A stretch of 64,000 nucleotides of DNA from an uncultured Acidobacteriota bacterium (GCA_963809485.1 CAWEJX010000020.1:1-64000), one strand, 5' to 3'. Shown: positions 49,750-60,213, counted from the first letter of the stretch. Notes: a model not told the origin generated them from the sequence alone. Translations and numbers: made by a program.

Positions 49750-50873
49750 TGCTTATGCGAACGTCTCAGCAGACCTCCGAACCATCCGGCAGATCCGCGC
49801 GGGCAACCGCCATGCTGGCTATCCTCGCCCTGGCACTGGCGGCAGGATGCGCAAAGATCGGGGATCCTCAGCCTCCGCGCATTCGCATTCCGAAGCCCGC
49901 CGCCGACCTCGCCGCGCGCCAGGTCGCCGATTCCGTCGAGCTCACAGTCTCAGTCCCGGTTCAAAACACGGACGGTTCCGCCGCAACCACTTTCAGACAG
50001 GTGGATGTCATGCGGCTGGCCGAGGATGCAGGCAGGAATGAGCAGACAGCTCCGGTGTCCGAAAAGGAATTCATGAAACAGGCGGTCCGGATTCTGTCGA
50101 TTCCGGAATCCCGGTTCTCGAGCTATCGGCGCGAAAATGCTTTTGTGATCCGTGACAGCCTGGATTTTCCTCAAAAGTCCGTAATTTATTCTTCCAGCTT
50201 CCGATATGCGGTGCTTTTCATCAACAACCGGAACCAGGCCGCCGGGCTGAGCAACCAGGCCTTCATCCGGCCTGTTCCAATCCCCCGGGCTCCGGCGGAT
50301 ATTTCGGCCGTCGTCACCGAAAGCTCCATCAATTTGAGATGGCAGAGGCCGGCGGAAAATATGGACGGTTCGACTCCGGCCCGTATCGCCGGCTTCAATA
50401 TCTACAGGTCGGAAGAAGCGGGGGTATTCCCGCCTGCACCATTGAATGCGGCTCCCGCGCAAAATCCAGCCTATGAAGATCACGATTTCAAGTTCGACCA
50501 GACATATTTTTATGCCGTCAGCACGGTAGGAAATGCCGAAAACCCACATGCGGAAAGCCTGCGTTCGGATGCGCTGAAGGTGGTTTCCAGAGACGTGTTC
50601 CCGCCCGCGCCGCCCAGGGACTTCACGGCTGTTCCGGACGGTAAGGACATCATTCTGCTCTGGGCCCCGTCGCCGTCGGCGGATGTGGCCGGATACCGGA
50701 TTTACAGGCTTGAGGACGGCAAAGCGCCGGGAATGCTTCTTCAGGATGAGCTGATCAATAACTTGAGTTATCGCGATACGCGTCTGGACGGGAAATGGAT
50801 ATACAGCATCCGCACGGTAGATGGGCACGGGAACGAAAGTCCGCCGGTTCTGGCGCCGGTGGATGAACGGTAA
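49749..50873 (+). CDS. Fibronectin type III domain lipoprotein
   Basis: Lipobox AAGC followed by GDPQPP; FN3-like P..P...L.W...GF/YxIYR...Y.V repeats. Confidence 0.8.
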   Translation: MLMRTSQQTSEPSGRSARATAMLAILALALAAGCAKIGDPQPPRIRIPKPAADLAARQVADSVELTVSVPVQNTDGSAATTFRQVDVMRLAEDAGRNEQTAPVSEKEFMKQAVRILSIPESRFSSYRRENAFVIRDSLDFPQKSVIYSSSFRYAVLFINNRNQAAGLSNQAFIRPVPIPRAPADISAVVTESSINLRWQRPAENMDGSTPARIAGFNIYRSEEAGVFPPAPLNAAPAQNPAYEDHDFKFDQTYFYAVSTVGNAENPHAESLRSDALKVVSRDVFPPAPPRDFTAVPDGKDIILLWAPSPSADVAGYRIYRLEDGKAPGMLLQDELINNLSYRDTRLDGKWIYSIRTVDGHGNESPPVLAPVDER

Positions 50874-51009
50874 GCTCGAAAATCAGGGCCGGAAGCAAGG
50901 CTTTTCCGTCCGGTTTTTGTGACGCGGGTCTGGTGGAATTCCGTGCGATTGCAGGACTGACATCAAGGGCTTTTTCCTATAATATGCGTGGCGGGAAGGA
51001 GACAGTAAC

Positions 51010-51660
51010 ATGAAATTTTTTCTGGATACGGCGAATATCGAAGAAATCAGAAACGCGGCGGAGTACGGACTCATTGACGGCGTCACAACCAATCCATCGC
51101 TGGTCAGCAAGGAGGGACGAGCTTTCAAGGACATCATCCTGGAGATCACCAAAATCGTGGATGGCCCAATCAGCGCTGAAGTTGTCAGCACCGACGCGGC
51201 GGGGATGCTGCGCGAGGCCTACGAACTTGCCAAACTGCACAAAAATATCGTGGTAAAGATCCCCATGATCAAGGAAGGGATGAAGGCGCTCAAACAGTTG
51301 TCCGATGATGGGATCCGCACTAATATCACACTCATATTCAACTGCAACCAGGCCCTGATCGCGGCAAAGCTCGGCGCGACCTATGTCTCCCCCTTCGTCG
51401 GCCGGTTCGACGATGTGAGCGAAGTGGGGATGAACCTGATCGGCGACCTGGTAAAAATTTTCTCAAACTACGGATTTCCGACCCAGATCCTGGTCGCCAG
51501 CTGCCGCAATCCCCTGCATATACGGGAAGCGGCCCTGCTTGGCGCGCACGTCGCCACGATGCCTTACAAAGTTCTCGAGCAGCTGCTCAAACACCCGCTT
51601 ACGGACATCGGGCTGGAACGTTTCCTGAAAGACTGGGAAAAAGTGCCCAAGCCTGTCTAA
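51010..51660 (+). CDS. fsa: Transaldolase / fructose-6-phosphate aldolase family
   Basis: [33 protein letters not shown]. Confidence 0.93.
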   Translation: MKFFLDTANIEEIRNAAEYGLIDGVTTNPSLVSKEGRAFKDIILEITKIVDGPISAEVVSTDAAGMLREAYELAKLHKNIVVKIPMIKEGMKALKQLSDDGIRTNITLIFNCNQALIAAKLGATYVSPFVGRFDDVSEVGMNLIGDLVKIFSNYGFPTQILVASCRNPLHIREAALLGAHVATMPYKVLEQLLKHPLTDIGLERFLKDWEKVPKPV

Positions 51661-51763
51661 GCGCACGGCCTGCGGGGATTCGATTATTGTCTCCGCGAGC
51701 TCTGCGCCTCCGCGTGAAGCTTTCCTCTGCGAACCTCAGTAAATGAACACTCAGGGATTTTCG

Positions 51764-51791
51764 GGCGGCCGGAAGGCCGCCTTTATTTTTT
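51764..51791 (+). terminator. Probable intrinsic terminator
   Basis: GGCGGCC-GGAA-GGCCGCC hairpin followed by TTTATTTTTT. Confidence 0.65.
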
Positions 51792-53087
51792 GCAGTTCGC
51801 CTGAACCGTCGGGAGCAAATTCCCTACCAGGTAGAGGGATCCCGTGACGACTACCAGGCCTCTGAGCGAACAGCGCCGCCAGGCTGATTCCAGGGCATCG
51901 TTCGCGTCCGGATGGAACTGCATGCGGGAGCGAAAGCGCCGGTGCAGGTCGGCAATCTCGTTAGGTTCTGCGGAACGGGAGTTTGCTATGGGCGTGAGGT
52001 GAATGCCGGCAGCCAGGGGAAACAGGTACGAGCCCATCTCGCGTATGTTCTTGTCCCGCATCGCCCCGAAAACGAACTGAACTTCTTTCTCCCCGCAATG
52101 GACAAGGAAGTCCCTCAGCAGCCGCGATCCTTCGGGATTGTGCGCGCCATCGAGCAGCGTTCGCCGGCGCGAATTGTATTCATCCAGCCGCCCCGGCCAT
52201 CTCGTGCGTGCCAGGCCGCGCCGCACATCGCCGGCCTTTATCGTAAAAGACTTTAAAGCCTCAACCGCCATTACGGCAAGAACGGCATTTAGAACCTGGT
52301 GATTTCCGGCCAGGGAGATTCGCAGGTTGGAGTATTCCCTGTCCGGTGTCCTCAGGTCGAAGGAATACCGTCCGCGGCGTTCTCCTGTAATGACGCTTTG
52401 GCTGTCGCGCCAGCTTTCCAGCAGAGGCGCTTTGGCTTTGCGGGCGAAGCTGCGTATGACCCGCCGCGCGGCTTCGGCTCGAGCACCGGATATAACCGGG
52501 ACGTGTTCTTTGATAATGCCTGCCTTTTCCCCGGCGATTTTTGTCAGGGTGTTGCCAAGATAATTCTGGTGATCCAGCGCGATTCCCGTGATTACGCTGA
52601 CCTCGGGCAGGACTATGTTCGTGGCGTCCAGCTTGCCGCCCAGTCCCACTTCCAAAACGGCGATATCGATTTTTTGCTCGCCGAAATGGAGGAAAGCGCA
52701 GCAGGTAAGGAATTCAAAGGTGGTCAGCGGACGGTCCAGGACCTTCCTGAGCAGCAGGGTTTTCTCCGCCCTTCGAACGCGTGTGGCCAGAGCTGCGAAG
52801 CTCCGGGGCGCAATCGGGCGCGCGTCGATCTGCATTCGCTCTTCGACGCGGACCAGGTGCGGCGACGTATAGAGACCGGTTTTCAAACCTGCCTGGCGCA
52901 GAATGGACTCGCAGATTGCAGCCACGCTTCCTTTGCCGTTGGTTCCGGCGATGTGGATGGAGGGATAATGCCGCTGCGGATCGCCCAGAGCCTGCATCAT
53001 GGCCCGAGTGCGGTGCAGGCCGAGGTGCATCATTTGCACCTCGTTGCCTTTGAGATCCAGGTATTTCAGGGTTTCGCTGTGATTCAT
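51783..53087 (-). CDS. folC: Folylpolyglutamate/dihydrofolate synthase
   Basis: HIAGTNGKGS, YTSPHL, EVGLGGKLDATN, WPGRL, DGAHNP, TGSLYLVG. Confidence 0.95.
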   Translation of the reverse strand: MNHSETLKYLDLKGNEVQMMHLGLHRTRAMMQALGDPQRHYPSIHIAGTNGKGSVAAICESILRQAGLKTGLYTSPHLVRVEERMQIDARPIAPRSFAALATRVRRAEKTLLLRKVLDRPLTTFEFLTCCAFLHFGEQKIDIAVLEVGLGGKLDATNIVLPEVSVITGIALDHQNYLGNTLTKIAGEKAGIIKEHVPVISGARAEAARRVIRSFARKAKAPLLESWRDSQSVITGERRGRYSFDLRTPDREYSNLRISLAGNHQVLNAVLAVMAVEALKSFTIKAGDVRRGLARTRWPGRLDEYNSRRRTLLDGAHNPEGSRLLRDFLVHCGEKEVQFVFGAMRDKNIREMGSYLFPLAAGIHLTPIANSRSAEPNEIADLHRRFRSRMQFHPDANDALESAWRRCSLRGLVVVTGSLYLVGNLLPTVQANCKK

Positions 53088-53316
53088 GGGATTTTGCAAA
53101 TGGCGGTCTGTACGCTCCGCAAAGGCGCACAGCTTAAACGGATTTTGCCATTTCAGCAACAGAGAAATCGCGGCGGAAACAATTCTGCCAGGCTATGAGA
53201 AAGCCGTTGCGGGATGTACAGCATTCCCGATCATTTTACCGGGAGTGCGCCAAGATAAAACCCATATCTTGGTTTTTTGCAGTTATGGGTTGTTCTTGAT
53301 TGTGGTTTGATTCCGT

Positions 53317-53391
53317 TGGTGGGCGGTATAGGATTTGAACCTATGGCCCCCGGTGTGTAAGACCGATGCTCTGCCGCTGAGCTAACCGCCC
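53317..53391 (-). tRNA. tRNA-Val(TAC)
   Basis: Reverse complement GGGCGGTTAGCTCAGCGGCAGAGCATCGGTCTTACACACCGGGGGCCATAGGTTCAAATCCTATACCGCCCACCA. Confidence 0.95.
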
Positions 53392-53442
53392 AAAGAGTGT
53401 AAATTTATACTATCCAACTCCGGATCCAAAGCCATAAATGGA

Positions 53443-53525
53443 AATGGGGACGGTCACCAGTGTCCCCATTACGAATGGGTAATCCAAATTTTGGCCTGGA
53501 AGTGGGGACACTGGCGGCTGTTCCA
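53443..53525. repeat. Inverted pair of GGGGAC...GTCCCC palindromic units
   Basis: AATGGGGACGGTCACCAGTGTCCCCATT and inverted TGGGGACACTGGCGGCTGTTCCA. Confidence 0.65.
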
Positions 53526-53533
53526 CCTTTCGG

Positions 53534-54400
53534 TCATTGAGGGGGCTTGGGCTTCATGGGAGGGAGGCCGCAATTCGGCTGGATCGTGCACACCTGGATC
53601 GTATGAACATATCGCAGCTTTCCATTCTCCATGCGGAACGCGTGGTAATCGGGATTTCGCTTAGGGGCGACAAAGTCCACCATCCCCACGGCCGTTCCCA
53701 TATCCACGTCAACGAGAAAGTGGCGGTTGATTATGGGGATTCCTCCAGTCTTCGGCATTCCAACGGTGCATGAAGCATTCGGATCGTTTTTGGGATTCGT
53801 GTACATCCCGCCCTCGATGCGGGCGCACGGAGTGCCCCAGGGCACTTTGTCGAAATTGGCATAATCACCAAATGTGTCGTAATAGGCATTGGCGGCGTTG
53901 AGCAGGGTCTGGCGGTCACTGCGCTTTTCCGGAGGCAGGATATCCCATTTTTCCTGCAATGCATACTTCTGATAGTCTGCAGCATTGAAAAGCCAGTCGT
54001 CTTTGTCCGCAACAAGGCTCTCAATTTCGGAAATTTTGTTATCTTCAGCTTTTATCCGGGTCGCGAGCAAATAGTGATGGTCGCTGCTCGTGTGCGCAAT
54101 TTCCGTGAAAGCTTCGCACTGTTCCACATCGAGCAGGCTGCGGCTGTAATCGACAGCCAAAGGAGTCTTCCAGATGCCCTGACCAAATGGGACCTCATTT
54201 CTGTTTTCTATATACCTGGCCTGTCCCGCCAGAAGCATCAGGGACGGATTCCCTTTCTGCAGCGCATCCAGGTACCTGTCGACGGTTGCCTGCAGGCTCG
54301 CCCGTGTGCATCCCGCCGCCGCGGCAGACAACGCAGCGGTCTCCGCGCGAACAAACGCTGTGCTGAAAAGGAGCATAAGAAGAGCCATTGTTCGAATCAT
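53534..54400 (-). CDS. Secreted hypothetical protein
   Basis: GGAGG RBS, signal peptide, CTRASL, DWLFNA, CARIEGG, paired Cys. Confidence 0.8.
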   Translation of the reverse strand: MIRTMALLMLLFSTAFVRAETAALSAAAAGCTRASLQATVDRYLDALQKGNPSLMLLAGQARYIENRNEVPFGQGIWKTPLAVDYSRSLLDVEQCEAFTEIAHTSSDHHYLLATRIKAEDNKISEIESLVADKDDWLFNAADYQKYALQEKWDILPPEKRSDRQTLLNAANAYYDTFGDYANFDKVPWGTPCARIEGGMYTNPKNDPNASCTVGMPKTGGIPIINRHFLVDVDMGTAVGMVDFVAPKRNPDYHAFRMENGKLRYVHTIQVCTIQPNCGLPPMKPKPPQ

Positions 54401-54670
54401 AGAACCTCCTGAGGAATTTTAGGTTGCCGAACGCACCGACTTGCGGTTTCTGACGGCGAAGGTTGTTCCTGCAATTGGTTCGTTCGGCTGTAGCAGGCGG
54501 ATTATACACCCAATACAGATCGCATTGTGCTTTTCGCATTCATCATCCGGCTCAGGCTTCCTGCAGAAGCCCTGCGCATAGGATTTCTCTTTTAACAGCC
54601 GGACCGCCCGAATATAATCAGCTCAACACATCGCAAGACGGCACACAATCCAGTTCGCCCGGAGGGACCT

Positions 54671-56014
54671 ATGTCCATGATCGGGAAATTGATCGCACAT
54701 TATGAAATCACAAGCCAACTCGGCAAAGGCGGCATGGGAGAGGTCTATCAGGCCAAGGACCACAAACTGGGCAGAGAGGTGGCCATCAAGGTGCTGCCCG
54801 AAGAGTTCGCGAGCGAAACGGACCGGGTCGCCCGGTTCCAGCGTGAAGCCAAATTGCTCGCTTCTCTCAATCATCCCCACATCGCCACCATCCACGGATT
54901 GGAGGAGTCCGGCCGAACCAGTTTCCTTGTCCTGGAACTGGTCGAGGGCGAGACACTGGCGGACCGCCTGAGGCGCGGTCCAATCCCTGTAGAGGAATCC
55001 CTGAAACTGGCGCTGCAGATCGCCGAAGCCCTGGAAGCAGCCCATGACAAGGGCATCATCCACCGGGATCTGAAGCCCGCCAACATCAAGGTGACGCCGG
55101 AAGGCAAAGTGAAGGTGCTCGACTTCGGCCTGGCGAAAGCTTTCGCGAGCGGGCCGGCCGAGGAGAATCTCTCGAACTCCCCCACGCTGAGCGACGCCGC
55201 CACACGGCAGGGCGTCATCCTCGGAACAGCCGCTTATATGAGCCCGGAGCAGGCACGAGGGGGAACAGTCGACAGGAAGGCCGACATCTGGGCTTTCGGC
55301 TGCATCCTGTTCGAGATGCTGAACGGACAGGCGACCTTCGAGGGACGTTCGGTTACGGATATTCTGGCTTCGGTGCTCAAGAGCGAACCGGTGTGGAACA
55401 AGCTGCCGCCCAACCTCCATCCGCGGATCCGCCTGCTGCTGGAGCGCTGTCTGGAAAAAGATCCCAGGGACCGTTACGGCAGCATCGGCGACGCGCGCGT
55501 GGATTTGCAGAAAGTGCTGGCCGATCCGGGAGGCGTGTTTGCGCATCCGGTTGAAGCAGAAAAACCGCGCGGCAGGCTGCGGGCGATACTGCCCTGGATC
55601 GCGGCGGCCGTCGTTCTGAGTGTGATTAGCGGCGCAATTGTATGGAAACTGAGAGCACCCGAACCGCGCCAGGTCATGCGCTTCGAATACCAACTGCCGG
55701 AAGGCCAGCAATTCAGCAGTGTTGACATGCCGTCATTCGCTGTCTCCCCGGACGGAAAACATTTCGTTTATGGCGAAACGAAGGGGCTTTTTCTTGCCGA
55801 TTCGTGTGTAAAATTCTTCCGGTATATCCGCGGGATTCTTGTAGAAAACGAACTGACAGGAGCCGTGATAAATCGGGTCGGCCACAATATGGCACGCGCC
55901 GAAATCGCCGGTGCTTTCGATCTGAAGCATCTCCATAACCGGGCAGTGCACGCAATAAATCGGGAAATCTCTCTTCCCCCATGTGATGGGATGGGGATCC
56001 TTCACCGTGGCTAA
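54671..56014 (+). CDS. Membrane Ser/Thr protein kinase, extracellular propeller truncated near 55790
   Basis: [29 protein letters not shown] helix, then [12 protein letters not shown]. The remainder is antisense to the next gene. Confidence 0.9.
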   Translation: MSMIGKLIAHYEITSQLGKGGMGEVYQAKDHKLGREVAIKVLPEEFASETDRVARFQREAKLLASLNHPHIATIHGLEESGRTSFLVLELVEGETLADRLRRGPIPVEESLKLALQIAEALEAAHDKGIIHRDLKPANIKVTPEGKVKVLDFGLAKAFASGPAEENLSNSPTLSDAATRQGVILGTAAYMSPEQARGGTVDRKADIWAFGCILFEMLNGQATFEGRSVTDILASVLKSEPVWNKLPPNLHPRIRLLLERCLEKDPRDRYGSIGDARVDLQKVLADPGGVFAHPVEAEKPRGRLRAILPWIAAAVVLSVISGAIVWKLRAPEPRQVMRFEYQLPEGQQFSSVDMPSFAVSPDGKHFVYGETKGLFLADSCVKFFRYIRGILVENELTGAVINRVGHNMARAEIAGAFDLKHLHNRAVHAINREISLPPCDGMGILHRG

Positions 56015-56458
56015 TCCGACTTCGGGTTTATAGCCGCCTCTTTGAATGATCCTCTCCCCGGAACCGCAGGGCCGCATGGTGAGACTGATTTTCTCGTCAT
56101 CCTCCACGATTTTTATCGGCTGCAGATGCCCTCGCAAACCGCCGGCAAGGTGTTCCACCAGGGAGCGTAGATCGGTCGCCTCGATCGGCTGGAAAACGGT
56201 CCTGGCTTCTATCGTGTGGGCTTCTCTTTCCGCTTCCTCCAGGGCGTCAACACCCAGCCTGTTATAAATGTAGGTTTGAAGCCCCGTAACCCAGATCCCA
56301 TAGCCGTCGTGGAGATAATTGAACTCCCGGTACATCCTCTGAGCGAGGTCCTTGGCCCTGTCCTTGTCTCCGGCATCGATGGCCTCGAGTATGAGGTCCA
56401 GCGTCCGTGTCCCCATCTCCTTCAATTCCTGATCCGTGAATAATCGCTGCTGACTCAT
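55733..56458 (-). CDS. Hypothetical Cys/His-containing protein
   Basis: GGAGG before MSQQRLF; YLHD, RGH, PCGSG, YCVHC motifs. Confidence 0.75.
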   Translation of the reverse strand: MSQQRLFTDQELKEMGTRTLDLILEAIDAGDKDRAKDLAQRMYREFNYLHDGYGIWVTGLQTYIYNRLGVDALEEAEREAHTIEARTVFQPIEATDLRSLVEHLAGGLRGHLQPIKIVEDDEKISLTMRPCGSGERIIQRGGYKPEVGLATVKDPHPITWGKRDFPIYCVHCPVMEMLQIESTGDFGACHIVADPIYHGSCQFVFYKNPADIPEEFYTRIGKKKPLRFAINEMFSVRGDSE

Positions 56459-56593
56459 GGCTGCCTCCATCTTCTTTCCCCCTGTGGTAATAGCATATTT
56501 GATGATACTCCATGGGAATGCCCTGCCGGAGCAATATCCGTGCACCCGCAGTCCCGGCCGTCGAGTGAAGCGGCTTCCGGAAGCGGACTCCGG

Positions 56594-56953
56594 CTATTCG
56601 CGATGGACGAGATCCGGGCCAAAGGCGGGCAGGCACACAGAGACGTATTCGGCCCCTTCCGGACCGGGTGTGCTGTATTGGACACGGCAGCCTTTGGGAA
56701 TGATGAGCGCTTCTCCGGCGTGGGCAATCATCGTTTCATCGCCGGTATAAGCGTGCAATTCACCTCGAAGGACTACGCTGAACTCGTCGAATTCGGGAGT
56801 CTGCGGCGGCTCGAGCCAGCCGGAAGGGCTTATCATGCGCGCAATGCTCACTGCAGCCGTGTTCGAATTCACCCTTCCAACATATTCCTCAATCATTTTG
56901 GGCTTGCTGCCCGCAGCTTCGATCAATTGGGGCGCAACAATGGCGGCTTTCAT
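56594..56953 (-). CDS. Cupin domain protein
   Basis: IEEYVGRVN, EPPQTPEFDE, VLRGELH, VQYSTP, CLPAF. Confidence 0.85.
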   Translation of the reverse strand: MKAAIVAPQLIEAAGSKPKMIEEYVGRVNSNTAAVSIARMISPSGWLEPPQTPEFDEFSVVLRGELHAYTGDETMIAHAGEALIIPKGCRVQYSTPGPEGAEYVSVCLPAFGPDLVHRE

Positions 56954-57057
56954 CAATGCATTCCTCCCGGCGTCTTTGGTCAACATCCTGTCCTATTCAT
57001 CAACGAATCTATCAACGGGTTTGAATTTCCCATCAAGTTGCAGGGCATGTCGCCGAA

Positions 57058-58551
57058 TTATTTCTCGGCTTTGACGCGTTTGGCAAATCCGGTGATATGG
57101 CCGATCCAGGCGATGAAGTCTTCCGGATCTTCATCGGCGCCGTGCCCTGCGTCCCAGTACAGCGAGGTATTCACATTCTTTTTGCGGTTTTCCAAAGCTG
57201 TGGCCAGGTTGATGATGACCGTCAGCGAGGTGTGATTGTCGCTTGTGCCGTGGCGGATCCACCAGTATTGGACGCAGCCTTTGTTTTTCCGGTCGATGAA
57301 ATACATAGGATTCATCATATCCAAGATCGTTTGCAGGTCGTTCTCAACCCTGGCGCTCTTGTCGCCGGTGGTCTGCCGGAGGCTGAAGCTGGTGAAGTGC
57401 CGGGCATTGGCGGTCTTGCTGCCGAATAGAATCGGCTCGGCCTGCTTCATGTCAAAATCGTCAAAGGCAGGGAGGCCTTTCATTCTGCCGACGTGCGCGA
57501 CATAGTCCGCGAAGGAAAACACAGCCCTGTTACCGGTCCATGTGATCCACTTATTTTGGGCCAGGTAATCCTTGCGCTTTTCATCCGTCAGATTTCTCAG
57601 GTACCTGTTCGCCGAAGGGATCAGATAGGCCTCGATAAGATACCGGGAATAGTTGTCGGCCGTAAGGATTCCAAAACCATTTTTGCCCTTTAATTTCAGG
57701 GCCACCTGATACGCGGCAAAGGCGTCCTTTAACTGTTTTGACAGTTCCTGGTCCACCAGTCCGGATCTGGCAGGCGTAGTCCCGTACATCCACTCATACG
57801 CGCCGTCGGCGTGCTCCAGATCCGTGATGGGGCAAAAGCAGGCGCTGGCATAGATCCGGTCATCCTCGTCGGCAGCGCCGATCTCCTCAAGATATGCTTC
57901 ATACATTTGGCTGTTGCCCGAGGCGCCGAGAAGTGCGGAGAGCGCGCCACCCGCGCTGCTCCCAGTCGAGATGATCCATTTGGCGTTGCCGGGCACTATG
58001 CCCTTGTTGTGGCGTATATACCGGACAGCGGCTTTCAGATCCACAATGGCGGCGGGCGCCTTGCCGTAGTAAGTGCCGTCGGCAGCTTTATTATCACGGC
58101 CTCGGCAACCCGGCAACACCACCACGTAGCCCGCTGCTAAAGCCAGATCCAGGTTGCCGCTGGTTTTGCTGCCCGTGCCGGGAGGGGTTTTCGTCATGAC
58201 GCCGCGAGTGGCGTTATTTACAGACATATAACCGCCCACGCCGATGGCAAAGAGAATGGGAGCTTTGGTTGCATCGACAGCCACACTATCGACCTCGACG
58301 GGGACGGCGAGGTCGAGGCTCTCATAATCCTTGTCGACGGGATTCGCAACATAGGGAATATGCCTATAGGAGCGGTACGTGACTTTCTTTTCGCCCGCAG
58401 AGGTCCGCACCGTATTGGTTTCCACGGTGTAAGCATCCCTGGGAAATTGCAGAGGATCTTTGCTTTGCCCTCCCGCTGATACCCAGGCAAGAGAACAGAG
58501 GATTGCGAGTGCCAATGAAACCAATGCTGCTTTGGAAATTGCCTTTTTCAT
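57058..58551 (-). CDS. Subtype B tannase-like alpha/beta hydrolase, secreted
   Basis: Signal peptide, VGGYM, GCRGR, IVDLKAAVRY, GSSAGG nucleophile, RHGTSDNHTS, WDAGHGA. Confidence 0.85.
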   Translation of the reverse strand: MKKAISKAALVSLALAILCSLAWVSAGGQSKDPLQFPRDAYTVETNTVRTSAGEKKVTYRSYRHIPYVANPVDKDYESLDLAVPVEVDSVAVDATKAPILFAIGVGGYMSVNNATRGVMTKTPPGTGSKTSGNLDLALAAGYVVVLPGCRGRDNKAADGTYYGKAPAAIVDLKAAVRYIRHNKGIVPGNAKWIISTGSSAGGALSALLGASGNSQMYEAYLEEIGAADEDDRIYASACFCPITDLEHADGAYEWMYGTTPARSGLVDQELSKQLKDAFAAYQVALKLKGKNGFGILTADNYSRYLIEAYLIPSANRYLRNLTDEKRKDYLAQNKWITWTGNRAVFSFADYVAHVGRMKGLPAFDDFDMKQAEPILFGSKTANARHFTSFSLRQTTGDKSARVENDLQTILDMMNPMYFIDRKNKGCVQYWWIRHGTSDNHTSLTVIINLATALENRKKNVNTSLYWDAGHGADEDPEDFIAWIGHITGFAKRVKAEK

Positions 58552-58587
58552 GATGCCCCCTCAATGCCTTACATATTAATTTTTTTG

Positions 58588-58626
58588 TCAGTGTTCGTCA
58601 GCGTTTTTTCAGCGTCTGTCAGCGTT
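58588..58626 (+). repeat. TCAGCG-type short-period array
   Basis: Cores at 58588, 58598, 58609, 58619. Confidence 0.72.
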
Positions 58627-58869
58627 CCCCTGATGCTAAAACCATCGAGCCCTGCAGGTCCGCGGCAAAGCTGAAGATCGGGCTTGTCTTCATACCGCCA
58701 AAAACGATTGTCCGGATGCGACAGGACAATGCTAGAATCGCGCGATAAGCCAAGGGTCATAGTTCTCGAAATTGCTCTTTTTGTACCCATCTTGATGAAG
58801 ACGAACACCGGGATTTCAGAGTGATCGAGATTTTCATACTATCAGCCGGACAGGAACGGAGATGTCACT

Positions 58870-60213
58870 ATGACGGAAACTAAAGCGTGGTCGGAAATGA
58901 CGTGGCAGGAAAAGCGTGAGGAGCGATTCAAACAGTGGCTGGCCGCGCCGGGCGTTAAATTCATAAGCCCCGAAGCGGAAGCGCTGCACAAAGCAAGGGT
59001 GACGCGTTTTATCAAAGCCATCAAGCTGGAGGAACCCGACAGAGTTCCCGTTCTGCTGCCGGTCGGCAGCTATCCGGCCTACTACGCCGGATCCAGCTTT
59101 TACAAAATCATGTACGACTACAACGAACTGCGCCGGGCATGGATCAAGTTCATGGACGATTTCGGGGACATGGACACTTTTATGGGCCCCGGATTGATAC
59201 CGTCCGGCAGGATCTCCGAAGCTCTGGACGTCAAGATGATGAAATGGCCCGGCCATGGCGTCGGAAAGGACGTCACCATGCAGCAGGTTGTCGAAGGGGA
59301 ATACATGAAAGCCGATGAATATGACTGGATGCTGATGGACCCCACCGATTACAACCTGCGGGTTACGCTGCCGCGAACCACGGGGCTGTTTGAGCCCTTC
59401 AGGAAGCTGCCGCCCCTGCGAATGCTCTTCGGCGGCGCGAGTTGGGTCGGAATCCTGGCCGATCCGGAAATACGCAAGGTGTTCCAGACCTTGATGGATC
59501 TGGCGGATGAATATAAGCAGCATCAGGCGGCTGTTATGGAAGTCAACACCTTGGCCATGGCCCGCGGATATCCTTCTTTCTTCGGCGGCCCGATGGCCCA
59601 GGCGCCCTATGACTTTTTCGCCGATATGCAGCGGGGTACGCGAGGCATCACACTGGATCTCTATCGTCAGCCGGACAAATTGCTGGAAGCCATTGACGTG
59701 CAGCTAAAGCTTTCGATCAACACCGCCATCAAGAATTATCCCATGACCAATTGCCCGCTTTGCATGATGCCGCTGCACAAGGGCGATGACACATTCATGT
59801 CCGATAAGCAGTTCGAGAAGTTCTACTGGCCTTCGCTGCAGAAAATCTTCCTGGCCATGATCGAAGAGGGTCTCGTTCCGATGCCCTTTGCCGAAGGCCG
59901 CTACAACAATCGATTGAAGCAGATCACCGATACGCCCAAAAGCGGCGTGGTCTGGTATTTTGACCAGACGGACATGGCCGAAGCCAAGAGGATATTGGGC
60001 AGGAATTCCTGCATTGTCGGCAACGTGCCTTCGTCCATCGTAATGACAGGCACCAGAGAGCAAGTGAAGGAAAACTGCCGCAAGCTTATCGAGACCTGCG
60101 CCCCGGGCGGAGGCTACATCCTTGCCGGGGGCGCCAGCATCGACACCGGGGACATCGCCAACCTGAAAGCCATGATGGAAGCGGCCTACGAATACGGCGC
60201 TTATAAGAAATAG
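58870..60213 (+). CDS. Uroporphyrinogen decarboxylase / corrinoid methyltransferase (MT2) superfamily protein
   Basis: EPDRVPV, MQRG...DLYRQPDK, FMSDKQFEKFYWPSL, GNVP, GGGYIL. Confidence 0.85.
   Translation: MTETKAWSEMTWQEKREERFKQWLAAPGVKFISPEAEALHKARVTRFIKAIKLEEPDRVPVLLPVGSYPAYYAGSSFYKIMYDYNELRRAWIKFMDDFGDMDTFMGPGLIPSGRISEALDVKMMKWPGHGVGKDVTMQQVVEGEYMKADEYDWMLMDPTDYNLRVTLPRTTGLFEPFRKLPPLRMLFGGASWVGILADPEIRKVFQTLMDLADEYKQHQAAVMEVNTLAMARGYPSFFGGPMAQAPYDFFADMQRGTRGITLDLYRQPDKLLEAIDVQLKLSINTAIKNYPMTNCPLCMMPLHKGDDTFMSDKQFEKFYWPSLQKIFLAMIEEGLVPMPFAEGRYNNRLKQITDTPKSGVVWYFDQTDMAEAKRILGRNSCIVGNVPSSIVMTGTREQVKENCRKLIETCAPGGGYILAGGASIDTGDIANLKAMMEAAYEYGAYKK

Noticed and set aside
58630-58870. Cobalamin riboswitch upstream of the UroD-like gene
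   Set aside because: No B12-box (GGGAA...GCCACTG) pattern recognised.
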